Below are positions 1 through 7,914 of a stretch of DNA of 64,000 nt, piece by piece. The translations under genes and the position numbers were made by a program. The notes beneath the pieces were generated by a model. The model had not been told where the DNA came from. It was given only the letters and a program-made list of their open reading frames with translations, and made no database searches. Position 1 is the stretch's first letter, and the number at the start of each line of letters is the position of its first letter. Origin of the DNA: Natronosporangium sp. (GTDB lineage: Bacteria; Actinomycetota; Actinomycetes; Mycobacteriales; Micromonosporaceae); NCBI GenBank assembly GCA_036564175.1, contig DATCKZ010000012.1:18373-82372 (forward strand), written 5' to 3'.

Positions 1-1
1 C

Positions 2-40
2 CGGCTGATCGAGCTGCAGATGGAAGGAGCCGTGGGGTGA
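2..40 (+). CDS. sufB: Fe-S cluster assembly protein SufB, C-terminal end (partial)
   Basis: Frame 2 reads RLIELQMEGAVG-stop, the typical actinobacterial SufB C-terminus; GTGA overlap with sufD. Confidence 0.9.
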   Translation, partial: RLIELQMEGAVG

Positions 41-1257
41 CCCCGAACGTCGCGCAGGCCGTCGAGACGGTCGCCAGCCACCTGCACCCGGTGGGGTCGT
101 TCGAGGTCGAGGATCACCCGGTGCCGACCGGCCGGGAGGAGGTCTGGCGGTTCACCCCGATCCGCCGGCTCAACCCGCTGCTCACCGGTGGACCGTCGGA
201 CGGCCACCTGGCCTGGAAGTACGACCCGCCGGCCGGGGTGACCGTCCGCACGCTGTCCACCGAGGAGGCGATCCGGGCCGGCACCGCGACCCCGCTGGAC
301 CGGCCGGCCGCGCTCGCGGTGGCGCACGGCGGCGGGGCGGTCCTGATCGACATCGCCGCCGAGACCGTGCTGGCCGAGCCGCTGACCATCCAGCTGACCG
401 GCGAGGACCCGGAGCGGATCGTCTGGGGTCACCTGCTGCTGCGGGTCGGCCCGTACGCGAAGGCGGCGGTGGTGTTCGAGCACACCGGCGCCGCCCGCTA
501 CGCCTCGTCGCTGTCGGTGCAGGTCGGCGAGGGTGCCCAGCTCGACCTGGTCTCGCTGCAGCTGTGGGACGACACCACCCTGCACACCGGACAGATCAGC
601 TCCCGGGTCGGCCGGGACGCCCGGCTCCGGTCGTTCCAGGCCAGCCTCGGCGGGGACGTGGTCCGGCTGGTGGAGACCGCCGAGTTCGAGGGGCCCGGCG
701 CCGAGGTGGAGCTGACCGGGGTCTACTTCGTCTCCGGGCGACCGGAAGCCGCCGCCGGGCAGTCGGCCGCCTCCGGGCAGCCGGCCCCGGCCGCCGCCCG
801 CCGGCCGGCCGGCGGCCAGCACATCGAGCACCGGCTGTTCATCGACCACAACGCCCCGGAGACCCGTAGCCAGGTGGACTACCGGGGCGCGCTGCAGGGG
901 GCCGGGGCGCACTCGGTGTGGGTTGGCGACGTGCTGATCCGGAAGGTGGCCGAGGGGATCGACACCTACGAGAGCAACCGGAACCTGGTGCTCACCGACG
1001 GCTGCCGGGCCGACTCGGTGCCGAACCTGGAGATCGAGACTGGCGAGATCCGGGGGGCCGGCCACGCCTCGGCGACCGGCCGGTTCGACGACGAGCAGGT
1101 GTTCTACCTGATGTCCCGGGGGATCCCGGAGCTGGAGGCGCGCAAGCTGGTGGTCCGGGGGTTCTTCGCCGAGCTGCTCGGGCGAGTGCCGGTGGAGCCG
1201 GTCCGGGACCGGCTGGGCGACGCGATCGAGGCCCGGTTGACGGAGGCGGGCGCCTGA
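37..1257 (+). CDS. sufD: Fe-S cluster assembly protein SufD
   Basis: PTGREEVWRFTP, ADSVPNLEIETGEI..AGHASATGRFDDEQVFYLMSRGI motifs; position in suf operon. Confidence 0.95.
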   Translation: MTPNVAQAVETVASHLHPVGSFEVEDHPVPTGREEVWRFTPIRRLNPLLTGGPSDGHLAWKYDPPAGVTVRTLSTEEAIRAGTATPLDRPAALAVAHGGGAVLIDIAAETVLAEPLTIQLTGEDPERIVWGHLLLRVGPYAKAAVVFEHTGAARYASSLSVQVGEGAQLDLVSLQLWDDTTLHTGQISSRVGRDARLRSFQASLGGDVVRLVETAEFEGPGAEVELTGVYFVSGRPEAAAGQSAASGQPAPAAARRPAGGQHIEHRLFIDHNAPETRSQVDYRGALQGAGAHSVWVGDVLIRKVAEGIDTYESNRNLVLTDGCRADSVPNLEIETGEIRGAGHASATGRFDDEQVFYLMSRGIPELEARKLVVRGFFAELLGRVPVEPVRDRLGDAIEARLTEAGA

Positions 1258-1577
1258 TGATCCGGGTCTGCTCCACTGAGGACGTCCCGAAGGGCACCGC
1301 GATCAGCGCCGACATCGACGGCCTCCAGATCGCGATCGTGCACGCCGAGGACGACAACTTCTACGCCATCTACGACGAGTGCTCGCACGAGGCGATCGCG
1401 CTGTCCGAAGGGGAGATCGACGGCTGCACGGTGGAGTGCTGGCTGCACGGTTCCCGGTTCGACCTGCGCACCGGTGAGCCGACCGGCCTGCCGGCCACCC
1501 AACCCGTACCGGTCTATCCCGTCGAGGTCCACGACGGCGACATCTACGTAACTATCGACAATGGAGAGCGTCAGTGA
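1257..1577 (+). CDS. Rieske-type [2Fe-2S] ferredoxin
   Basis: ATG at 1257 overlaps the sufD stop; CSH...CWLH Rieske ligands. The ORF-track start at 918 is an over-extension. Confidence 0.93.
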   Translation: MIRVCSTEDVPKGTAISADIDGLQIAIVHAEDDNFYAIYDECSHEAIALSEGEIDGCTVECWLHGSRFDLRTGEPTGLPATQPVPVYPVEVHDGDIYVTIDNGERQ

Positions 1578-2347
1578 GTGTGCTGGAGATCCGTGACCTG
1601 CACGTGTCGGTGCGGCTGCCCGAGGGCGAGGCCCACCCGATCCTGTCGGGTGTCGACCTGACCGTCAAGGCGGGCGAGACCCACGCCATCATGGGGCCGA
1701 ACGGCTCGGGTAGGTCCACACTGGCCTACTCGGTCGCCGGCCACCCGAAGTACGAAGTGACCGGCGGCTCGGTGACCCTCGACGGGCAGGACGTGCTGTC
1801 GATGTCGGTCGACGAGCGGGCCCGGGCCGGGCTGTTCCTGGCCATGCAGTACCCGGTCGAGGTGCCCGGGGTGAGCGTGGCCAACTTCCTGCGGACCGCC
1901 AAGACCGCGATCGACGGCGAGGCGCCGAAGCTGCGCACCTGGGGGAACGAGCTCAAGTCGGCGATGGAGCGGCTCGGGATGGACCCGGCGTTCGCGCAGC
2001 GCAACGTCAACGAGGGGTTCTCCGGCGGCGAGAAGAAGCGGCACGAGATCGTACAGCTGGAGCTGCTCAAGCCCGCGATCGCGATCCTCGACGAGACCGA
2101 CTCCGGGCTGGACATCGACGCGCTGAAGGTGGTCAGCCAGGGGATCAACCGGGTCCGGGAGACCGGCCAGACCGGGGTACTGCTGATCACCCACTACACC
2201 CGGATCCTGCGGTACGTGAAGCCGGACTTCGTGCACGTCTTCGTCGGCGGCCGGATCGTCGAGGAGGGCGGCCCGGAGCTGGCCGAACGGCTCGAGAACG
2301 AGGGCTACGAGCGCTACCTCGCCGGCGCCGACCCGGCCGCGGCCTAG
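1574..2347 (+). CDS. sufC: Fe-S cluster assembly ATPase SufC
   Basis: FLAMQYPVEVPGV, NEGFSGGEKKR, ILDETDSGLDIDAL; Walker A reads GPNGSGRST (Lys replaced by Arg). Confidence 0.95.
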   Translation: MSVLEIRDLHVSVRLPEGEAHPILSGVDLTVKAGETHAIMGPNGSGRSTLAYSVAGHPKYEVTGGSVTLDGQDVLSMSVDERARAGLFLAMQYPVEVPGVSVANFLRTAKTAIDGEAPKLRTWGNELKSAMERLGMDPAFAQRNVNEGFSGGEKKRHEIVQLELLKPAIAILDETDSGLDIDALKVVSQGINRVRETGQTGVLLITHYTRILRYVKPDFVHVFVGGRIVEEGGPELAERLENEGYERYLAGADPAAA

Positions 2348-2355
2348 GAGGGACC

Positions 2356-3630
2356 ATGACCACCACCGCTCCGGCGCTCGACGTCGAGGCGATCCGCGCC
2401 GACTTCCCGATCCTGGCCCGGCAGGTGAACGGGCACCCGCTGGTCTACCTCGACTCCGGTGCCACCTCCCAGAAGCCGCGACCGGTGCTGGACGCGCTGG
2501 CCGAGCACTACGCCCGCCACAACGCCAACGTCGCCCGGTCCGTGCACACGGTCGGTACCGAGGCGACCGAGGCGTACGAGGGGGCGCGGGCGAAGGTCGC
2601 GGCGTTCATCGGCGCCGGCAGCCCGGACGAGGTGGTGTTCACCAAGAACGTCACCGAGGCGATCAACCTGGTGGCGTACGCGTTCCTGGCGACCACGACC
2701 GGTGGCGGTGATCCCCGGTTCCGGCTCGGCCCCGGCGACCGGATCGTGGTCTCCGAAATGGAGCACCACTCCAACCTCGTACCCTGGCAGCTGCTCTGCG
2801 AGCGGACCGGCGCGACCCTGCGCTGGTTCGGGGTGACCGACGACGGTTACCTCGACCTGTCCAACCTGGATGAGCTGATCGACGAGCGGACCAAGCTGGT
2901 CTCGCTCGCCCACGTCTCGAACGTGCTCGGCACGATCAACGAGTCCCGGCTGCCGCAGATCGTGGCGCGGGCCCGGCAGGTCGGCGCGCTGGTGATGCTC
3001 GACAGCGCCCAGGCGGTGCCGAAGCTGCCGGTCGACGTCGGCGCGCTGGGGGTGGACTTCATCGGGTTCACCGGCCACAAGATGTGCGGTCCGACCGGGA
3101 TCGGCGTGCTGTGGGGGAGAAGCGAGCTGCTGGCGGCGATGCCACCGTTCCTCGGCGGCGGCTCGATGATCGAGACGGTGGACATGACCGGCTCCACCTA
3201 CCTGCCGGCGCCGGCGAAGTTCGAGGCGGGTACGCCGCCGATCGCCGAGGCGATCGGGCTCGGCGCCGCGGTTGACTACCTGTCCAGGATCGGCATGCCC
3301 GCGATCCACGCCTACGAGCAGCGGCTCACCGGGTACGCGCTGGCGGCGCTGGCGACCGTCCCGGGGCTGCGGGTGTACGGCCCGACCAACCCGGCCGACC
3401 GGGGCGGGCTGGTCTCGTTCGACCTGCCCGGGATCCACCCGCACGACGTCGGCCAGGTGCTCGACTCGCTCGGGGTCGAAGTGCGGGTCGGCCACCACTG
3501 CGCCCGGCCGCTCTGCGTGCGGTTCGGGGTGGCCGCGCTCACCCGGGCGTCGTTCTACCTGTACAACACCGAGGCCGAGGTGGATGCGCTGGTCCAGGGA
3601 CTAACCCAGGTGCGGAAGGTGTTCGACTGA
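2356..3630 (+). CDS. sufS: Cysteine desulfurase SufS
   Basis: YLDSGATSQKP, FTGHKMCGPTG (PLP Lys), RVGHHCA (catalytic Cys); AGGAGG RBS. Confidence 0.96.
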   Translation: MTTTAPALDVEAIRADFPILARQVNGHPLVYLDSGATSQKPRPVLDALAEHYARHNANVARSVHTVGTEATEAYEGARAKVAAFIGAGSPDEVVFTKNVTEAINLVAYAFLATTTGGGDPRFRLGPGDRIVVSEMEHHSNLVPWQLLCERTGATLRWFGVTDDGYLDLSNLDELIDERTKLVSLAHVSNVLGTINESRLPQIVARARQVGALVMLDSAQAVPKLPVDVGALGVDFIGFTGHKMCGPTGIGVLWGRSELLAAMPPFLGGGSMIETVDMTGSTYLPAPAKFEAGTPPIAEAIGLGAAVDYLSRIGMPAIHAYEQRLTGYALAALATVPGLRVYGPTNPADRGGLVSFDLPGIHPHDVGQVLDSLGVEVRVGHHCARPLCVRFGVAALTRASFYLYNTEAEVDALVQGLTQVRKVFD

Positions 3631-3632
3631 CC

Positions 3633-4094
3633 ATGCAGCTCGATGAGCTCTACCAGGAGATCATCCTGGACCACTGGAAGCACCCGCGCGGCCGCGGCCT
3701 GCGGGAGCCGTACGGCGCCGAGTCCCGGCAGGTCAACCCGACCTGCGGGGATGAGGTGACGCTGCGGGTACGGCTGGCCGGCGACACGGTCGCCGATGTG
3801 TCGTACGAAGGACTGGGCTGCTCGATCAGCCAGGCCTCCGCGAGCGTGCTCTACGAGCTCCTGCACGGCAAGCCGCTGGCCGAGGCGATGTCGGTGCACC
3901 AGAGCTTCACCGAGCTGATGGGCTCGCGCGGCCAACTCGAGCCGGACGAGGAGCTGCTCGGGGACGGGATCGCGTTCGCCGGAGTGGCCAAGTACCCGGC
4001 CCGGGTCAAGTGTGCGCTGCTGCCGTGGATGGCGTTCAAGGACGCGGCCGGCCGGGCGGCTACCGTGGAGGACGATGGAGGTGCATCAGCATGA
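3633..4094 (+). CDS. sufU: SUF system sulfur-transfer/scaffold protein SufU
   Basis: LYQEIILDH, NPTCGD, GCSISQAS, RVKCALL. Confidence 0.95.
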   Translation: MQLDELYQEIILDHWKHPRGRGLREPYGAESRQVNPTCGDEVTLRVRLAGDTVADVSYEGLGCSISQASASVLYELLHGKPLAEAMSVHQSFTELMGSRGQLEPDEELLGDGIAFAGVAKYPARVKCALLPWMAFKDAAGRAATVEDDGGASA

Positions 4095-4432
4095 GTGAGA
4101 CCACCGCGAAGGCGTCGGTGGCCGACGTCGAAGAGGCGCTGAAGGACGTCGTCGACCCCGAGCTCGGCATCAACGTGGTCGACCTCGGCCTGGTCTACGG
4201 CATCCACGTCGACGATGACAACGTGGCGACCATCGATATGACGCTGACCTCGGCGGCCTGCCCGTTGACCGACGTGATCGAGGACCAGACCCGCGGCGCG
4301 CTGCTGACCGGCCCGGGCGGTGGGATCGTCTCCGACTTCCGGATCAACTGGGTGTGGATGCCGCCATGGGGTCCGGACAAGATCACCGACGAAGGTCGCG
4401 AGCAGCTGCGCGCGCTCGGCTTCAACGTCTGA
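4091..4432 (+). CDS. sufT: DUF59/SufT metal-sulfur cluster assembly factor
   Basis: VVDPELGINVVDLGLVY, MTLTSAACP, PPW; ATGA coupling to sufU. Confidence 0.92.
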   Translation: MSETTAKASVADVEEALKDVVDPELGINVVDLGLVYGIHVDDDNVATIDMTLTSAACPLTDVIEDQTRGALLTGPGGGIVSDFRINWVWMPPWGPDKITDEGREQLRALGFNV

Positions 4433-4438
4433 ACCGGC

Positions 4439-5227
4439 GTGCCGCTACCGCCCCCGCGGGCGCTGCTGCTCGACTTCGGCGGCGTGATCGCTGACGGCCC
4501 GATCGACCCCGACTGGGACCTGGTGGTGGTCGAGACGATCGCCGAGGTGCTCGCCGCGGCCGGAGCACCACCGCTGCCGCCGGAGCGGATCCGGGCCTCG
4601 CTCGCCGCCGAGCGCACCGAGTCGGAGCGGTTCTGGCTCGCCGAGGCGCCGACCCAGCCGGACCACGCCTCGTTCTGGGGCGAGCTGGTCGCCGGGGACT
4701 GGCCGGCGCCGGCCCGGGCGGCCGTGATCGCGCAGGCGCCCGCCCTGTCGTACCGATACATGGACGCCTGGCTGCGCGACTGGCAGCCGCGCCCCGGCAT
4801 GCCCGAACTGCTCGCCGACGCCGAGGCGCACGGGTTGCCGGTGGCGATCGTCAGCAACACCCTGTGCGGTGAGCCGCATCGCCAGTTCCTCGACCGGGTC
4901 GGGCTCACCGGCCGGTTCGCCGTCCAGCTCTACAGCGACGAGCACGGGATCCGGAAGCCGAACCCGGCCTTCGCCAGGCGAGCGGTGACCGCGCTCGGCG
5001 TACCTGCGGAAGCCTGCTGGTTCGTGGGCGACACGCTCAGCCGGGACATCCTGGTGGCAAGGCGGGCCGGGCTGGGCGCTGCGATCCTGATGCGGTCGCT
5101 GCGGGCGGAGCCGGATCCGGGGCTGGCCGCGGTGGTCCAGCCGGACGCGGTCGTCGCCGACCCGGTGGAGCTGCACGCCTTGCTCAAAGTCCACCGGGTC
5201 GACAGCCCGGTCGCCGACAGCCGGTGA
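4439..5227 (+). CDS. HAD-superfamily hydrolase
   Basis: LLDFGGVI, IVSN, RKP, FVGDT..RD motifs. Confidence 0.85.
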   Translation: MPLPPPRALLLDFGGVIADGPIDPDWDLVVVETIAEVLAAAGAPPLPPERIRASLAAERTESERFWLAEAPTQPDHASFWGELVAGDWPAPARAAVIAQAPALSYRYMDAWLRDWQPRPGMPELLADAEAHGLPVAIVSNTLCGEPHRQFLDRVGLTGRFAVQLYSDEHGIRKPNPAFARRAVTALGVPAEACWFVGDTLSRDILVARRAGLGAAILMRSLRAEPDPGLAAVVQPDAVVADPVELHALLKVHRVDSPVADSR

Positions 5228-5233
5228 GCCAGG

Positions 5234-5524
5234 CTACCGGTTCGGGGCGTCGGCCCTCGCGCGCCGGCGCAGCAGCAGCGCCACCGAGATGGTGGTGAGG
5301 CCGACCAGGATCGCGACCGTGTTCGGGACGACGATCGCCAGGTCCGATCTGGCCATGCCGTAGGCGATCCAGAGCGCGAACCCCGGCAGCAGCACCGCGA
5401 AGAAGGCGATCGAGACGTCCTCCGACGACTTCCGACGCCACATCTGCCGGATCTGCAGGAGCGGGGAAACCGCCATCAGCAGGCCCCAGCAGGCGGCAGC
5501 GATCCCCAGCACGGTGACAGTCAT
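5234..5524 (-). CDS. SemiSWEET/PQ-loop family transporter
   Basis: Three hydrophobic helices; SPLLQI..RKSSEDVS, LWIAYG, PN motifs. Confidence 0.8.
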   Translation of the reverse strand: MTVTVLGIAAACWGLLMAVSPLLQIRQMWRRKSSEDVSIAFFAVLLPGFALWIAYGMARSDLAIVVPNTVAILVGLTTISVALLLRRRARADAPNR

Positions 5525-5678
5525 GAGCAACCTCGCTCGCGGGTAAGGCGCTCGGGCGGGCGGGCCGCGTCTATCGCGAGGCGCACCGGGTGGGAGGAGT
5601 GGCCGCTGGCCGGCGATAGGGAGCGCAAACGCGACCGATCCCCATGGTACTGCGCCCGGAGCTGCACAGATCTCTCTC

Positions 5679-5737
5679 CGCGATCATGGAGTTTTCGCCG
5701 ACCCGCCGCGCGACCCGCCGAATGCCCATGATCGCGC
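5679..5737. repeat. REP-like palindromic element (GATCATGGAGTT...CCATGATC family)
   Basis: CGCGATCATGG / CCATGATCGCG terminal inverted repeats; related copies at 17684 and 32350. Confidence 0.7.
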
Positions 5738-5817
5738 GGGAGGGGCGCGGGAAGGGGCGGGTGTGATTACGTCGTGTTGCGCTCCGGTAGCCCTGTGTAT
5801 ATAGCATGATATGCCCC

Positions 5818-7002
5818 ATGCGTACGAAATGCGTGATCGCGGCTGCCGGGGCGGTGGCGCTGCTGCTGGCCGGGTGCGGGGGCGAGTCCGACGAGGCGAG
5901 CCGGCCAGCCGGCGGTGAGCAACAGCCGCCGGCCGAGACACCGGTGAGTGAGCGCCCGACCATCCTGACCGTGGCCGCCGCCGGCGACCTGCTGGTCCAC
6001 GAGCAGCTCACCGAGCAAGCGGCCGAGGACGCCGCCGCGAGCGGCCAGCCGGGCCACGACTTCAGCCAGGTGCTGGCCGGGATCGCGCCGGTGGTGGAGG
6101 CGGCCGACCTGGCGATCTGCCATTTGGAGCAGCCGCTCGCCGAGCCGTCCGGGCCGTTTACCGGCTGGCCTCTGTTCAGCGCCCCACCGCAGCTGGCCGA
6201 CGCGGCCGCCGCGGCCGGCTTCGACACCTGCTCCACCGCCTCCAACCACTCGCTGGACACCGAGTTCGCCGGCATTGTCCGGACCCTGGACAACCTGGAC
6301 CGGGTCGGGATCGCCCACCACGGCACCGCCCGCGACGAGTACGAGGCGCAGACCCCGAACATCGTGGACGTCCGAGGCGTGCCGGTCGCGCAGCTGTCGT
6401 ACACCACCAGCTTCAACGGCCTGCAGCTGCCGGAGGACAAGCCGTGGGCGGCGAACGCGCTGGACCCGCAGCGGATCCTGGCCGACGCCCAGCAGGCCCG
6501 GGAAGCCGGCGCGGAGATCGTCATCCTGTCGCTGCACTGGGGCACCGAGTACCAGGTGGACCCGGACCCGGACCAGCTGGCGCTCGCCGAGCAGCTGCTC
6601 GCCAGCCCGGACGTCGACCTGATCGTCGGCCACCACGTGCACGTGGTGCAGCCGTTCGAGAAGATCGGCGACGAGTGGGTCGCCTACGGCATGGGCAACT
6701 TGACCGCCCGGTTCCCGGACGGCTCGCCGGAGAACACCCAGGATGCGGTCGTACCGACGTTCACGTTCCAGGAGGTCCAACCCGGACAGTGGCGGGTGGT
6801 CGAGGTGTCGGCGGTGGCGACCTGGATGGAGTACTACCCGCAGGCCCGGGTGGTGAACCTGCCGGCGGCGCTCAGCGACCGCAACCTGCCCGACGACCAG
6901 CGCGACCGCTACCAGGCCGCGTTCGACCGGATCACCGAGTACGTCGACCAGCGCGGGGCGCTCGACGACGGGCTCACGCTGGTGCAGCCGGTCGACCACT
7001 GA
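5818..7002 (+). CDS. CapA-family (metallophosphatase-fold) lipoprotein
   Basis: Lipobox LLAGC; AAGDLL, ASNHSLD, SLHWGTEY, GHHVHV, YGMGN motifs. Confidence 0.88.
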   Translation: MRTKCVIAAAGAVALLLAGCGGESDEASRPAGGEQQPPAETPVSERPTILTVAAAGDLLVHEQLTEQAAEDAAASGQPGHDFSQVLAGIAPVVEAADLAICHLEQPLAEPSGPFTGWPLFSAPPQLADAAAAAGFDTCSTASNHSLDTEFAGIVRTLDNLDRVGIAHHGTARDEYEAQTPNIVDVRGVPVAQLSYTTSFNGLQLPEDKPWAANALDPQRILADAQQAREAGAEIVILSLHWGTEYQVDPDPDQLALAEQLLASPDVDLIVGHHVHVVQPFEKIGDEWVAYGMGNLTARFPDGSPENTQDAVVPTFTFQEVQPGQWRVVEVSAVATWMEYYPQARVVNLPAALSDRNLPDDQRDRYQAAFDRITEYVDQRGALDDGLTLVQPVDH

Positions 7003-7015
7003 CCCGCTCAGGCCG

Positions 7016-7780
7016 ATGGCCGGCTGGTTCTCGCAGCGCATCGTCGAAACCGGTCGGCTGCCGCTGTTCTGCTTCTTCGCCGGGATGCTGGTCGGGTTCG
7101 GGTTCATCCGGTTCTCGGTCCGGATGATCCGGGCGAACGTGCGCTGGTGGCCCGGGAACGTCACGCCGGGCGGGCTGCACGTCCACCACGTCGTGTTCGG
7201 TGTCGTGTTCATGATCCTGTCCGGGATCGCGATCCTCGCGATCCCGGACGAGCTGGTCGGCTGGCGGGCGATCGCGGCAACCTGGTTCGGGGTCGGCACC
7301 GCGCTGGTGCTCGACGAGTTCGCACTGATCCTGCACCTCGAGGATGTGTACTGGACCGAGCAGGGTCGGACCTCGATCGACGCGCTGTTCGCGGTGGTGG
7401 CGGTCACCGGGCTGCTCCTGCTCGGGGTGCACCCGTTCCTGGTCGAGGATTTCCAGCCGGTGGTCAACGGTGAGCCGGCGGCCTGGTGGTGGGCGATCCC
7501 GCCGTTGCTGCTGTCGCTCGGGTTCGCCGCCATCACCGTCCTGAAGGGGAAGATCTGGACCGGCCTGCTCGGGTTCTTCCTACCGCTGCTGCTGATCGTC
7601 GGCGCGATCCGGCTGGCCCGGCCGGCCTCTCCGTGGGCGCGTTGGCGGTACCGGCCGGGTCGCCGGCGCGGCGCCGAGAAGCTGGCCCGGGCCCGGCGCC
7701 GGGAGTTCCGGTTGCGGACCCCGGTGGTCCGCGCCAAGGATTGGTTCCAGGACCTGATCGCCGGCTCCCCCGACCGGTGA
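7016..7780 (+). CDS. Conserved actinobacterial integral membrane protein
   Basis: Multiple TM helices; GLHVHHVVFG and LVLDEFALILHLEDVYW motifs; GC3-rich codon usage. Confidence 0.8.
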   Translation: MAGWFSQRIVETGRLPLFCFFAGMLVGFGFIRFSVRMIRANVRWWPGNVTPGGLHVHHVVFGVVFMILSGIAILAIPDELVGWRAIAATWFGVGTALVLDEFALILHLEDVYWTEQGRTSIDALFAVVAVTGLLLLGVHPFLVEDFQPVVNGEPAAWWWAIPPLLLSLGFAAITVLKGKIWTGLLGFFLPLLLIVGAIRLARPASPWARWRYRPGRRRGAEKLARARRREFRLRTPVVRAKDWFQDLIAGSPDR

Positions 7781-7914
7781 GCTGGACCGGTGAGCTGGAC
7801 CGATTGTCTCGACCGGTGAGAAGGGTCGATCACCGCGGCCGATGATCCGGGCCGGTAGCCTCGGCATTCTAGACTTGCTCGTCATCGGTGGCGGAGGGGC
7901 GAGGGGGGCTTGCT

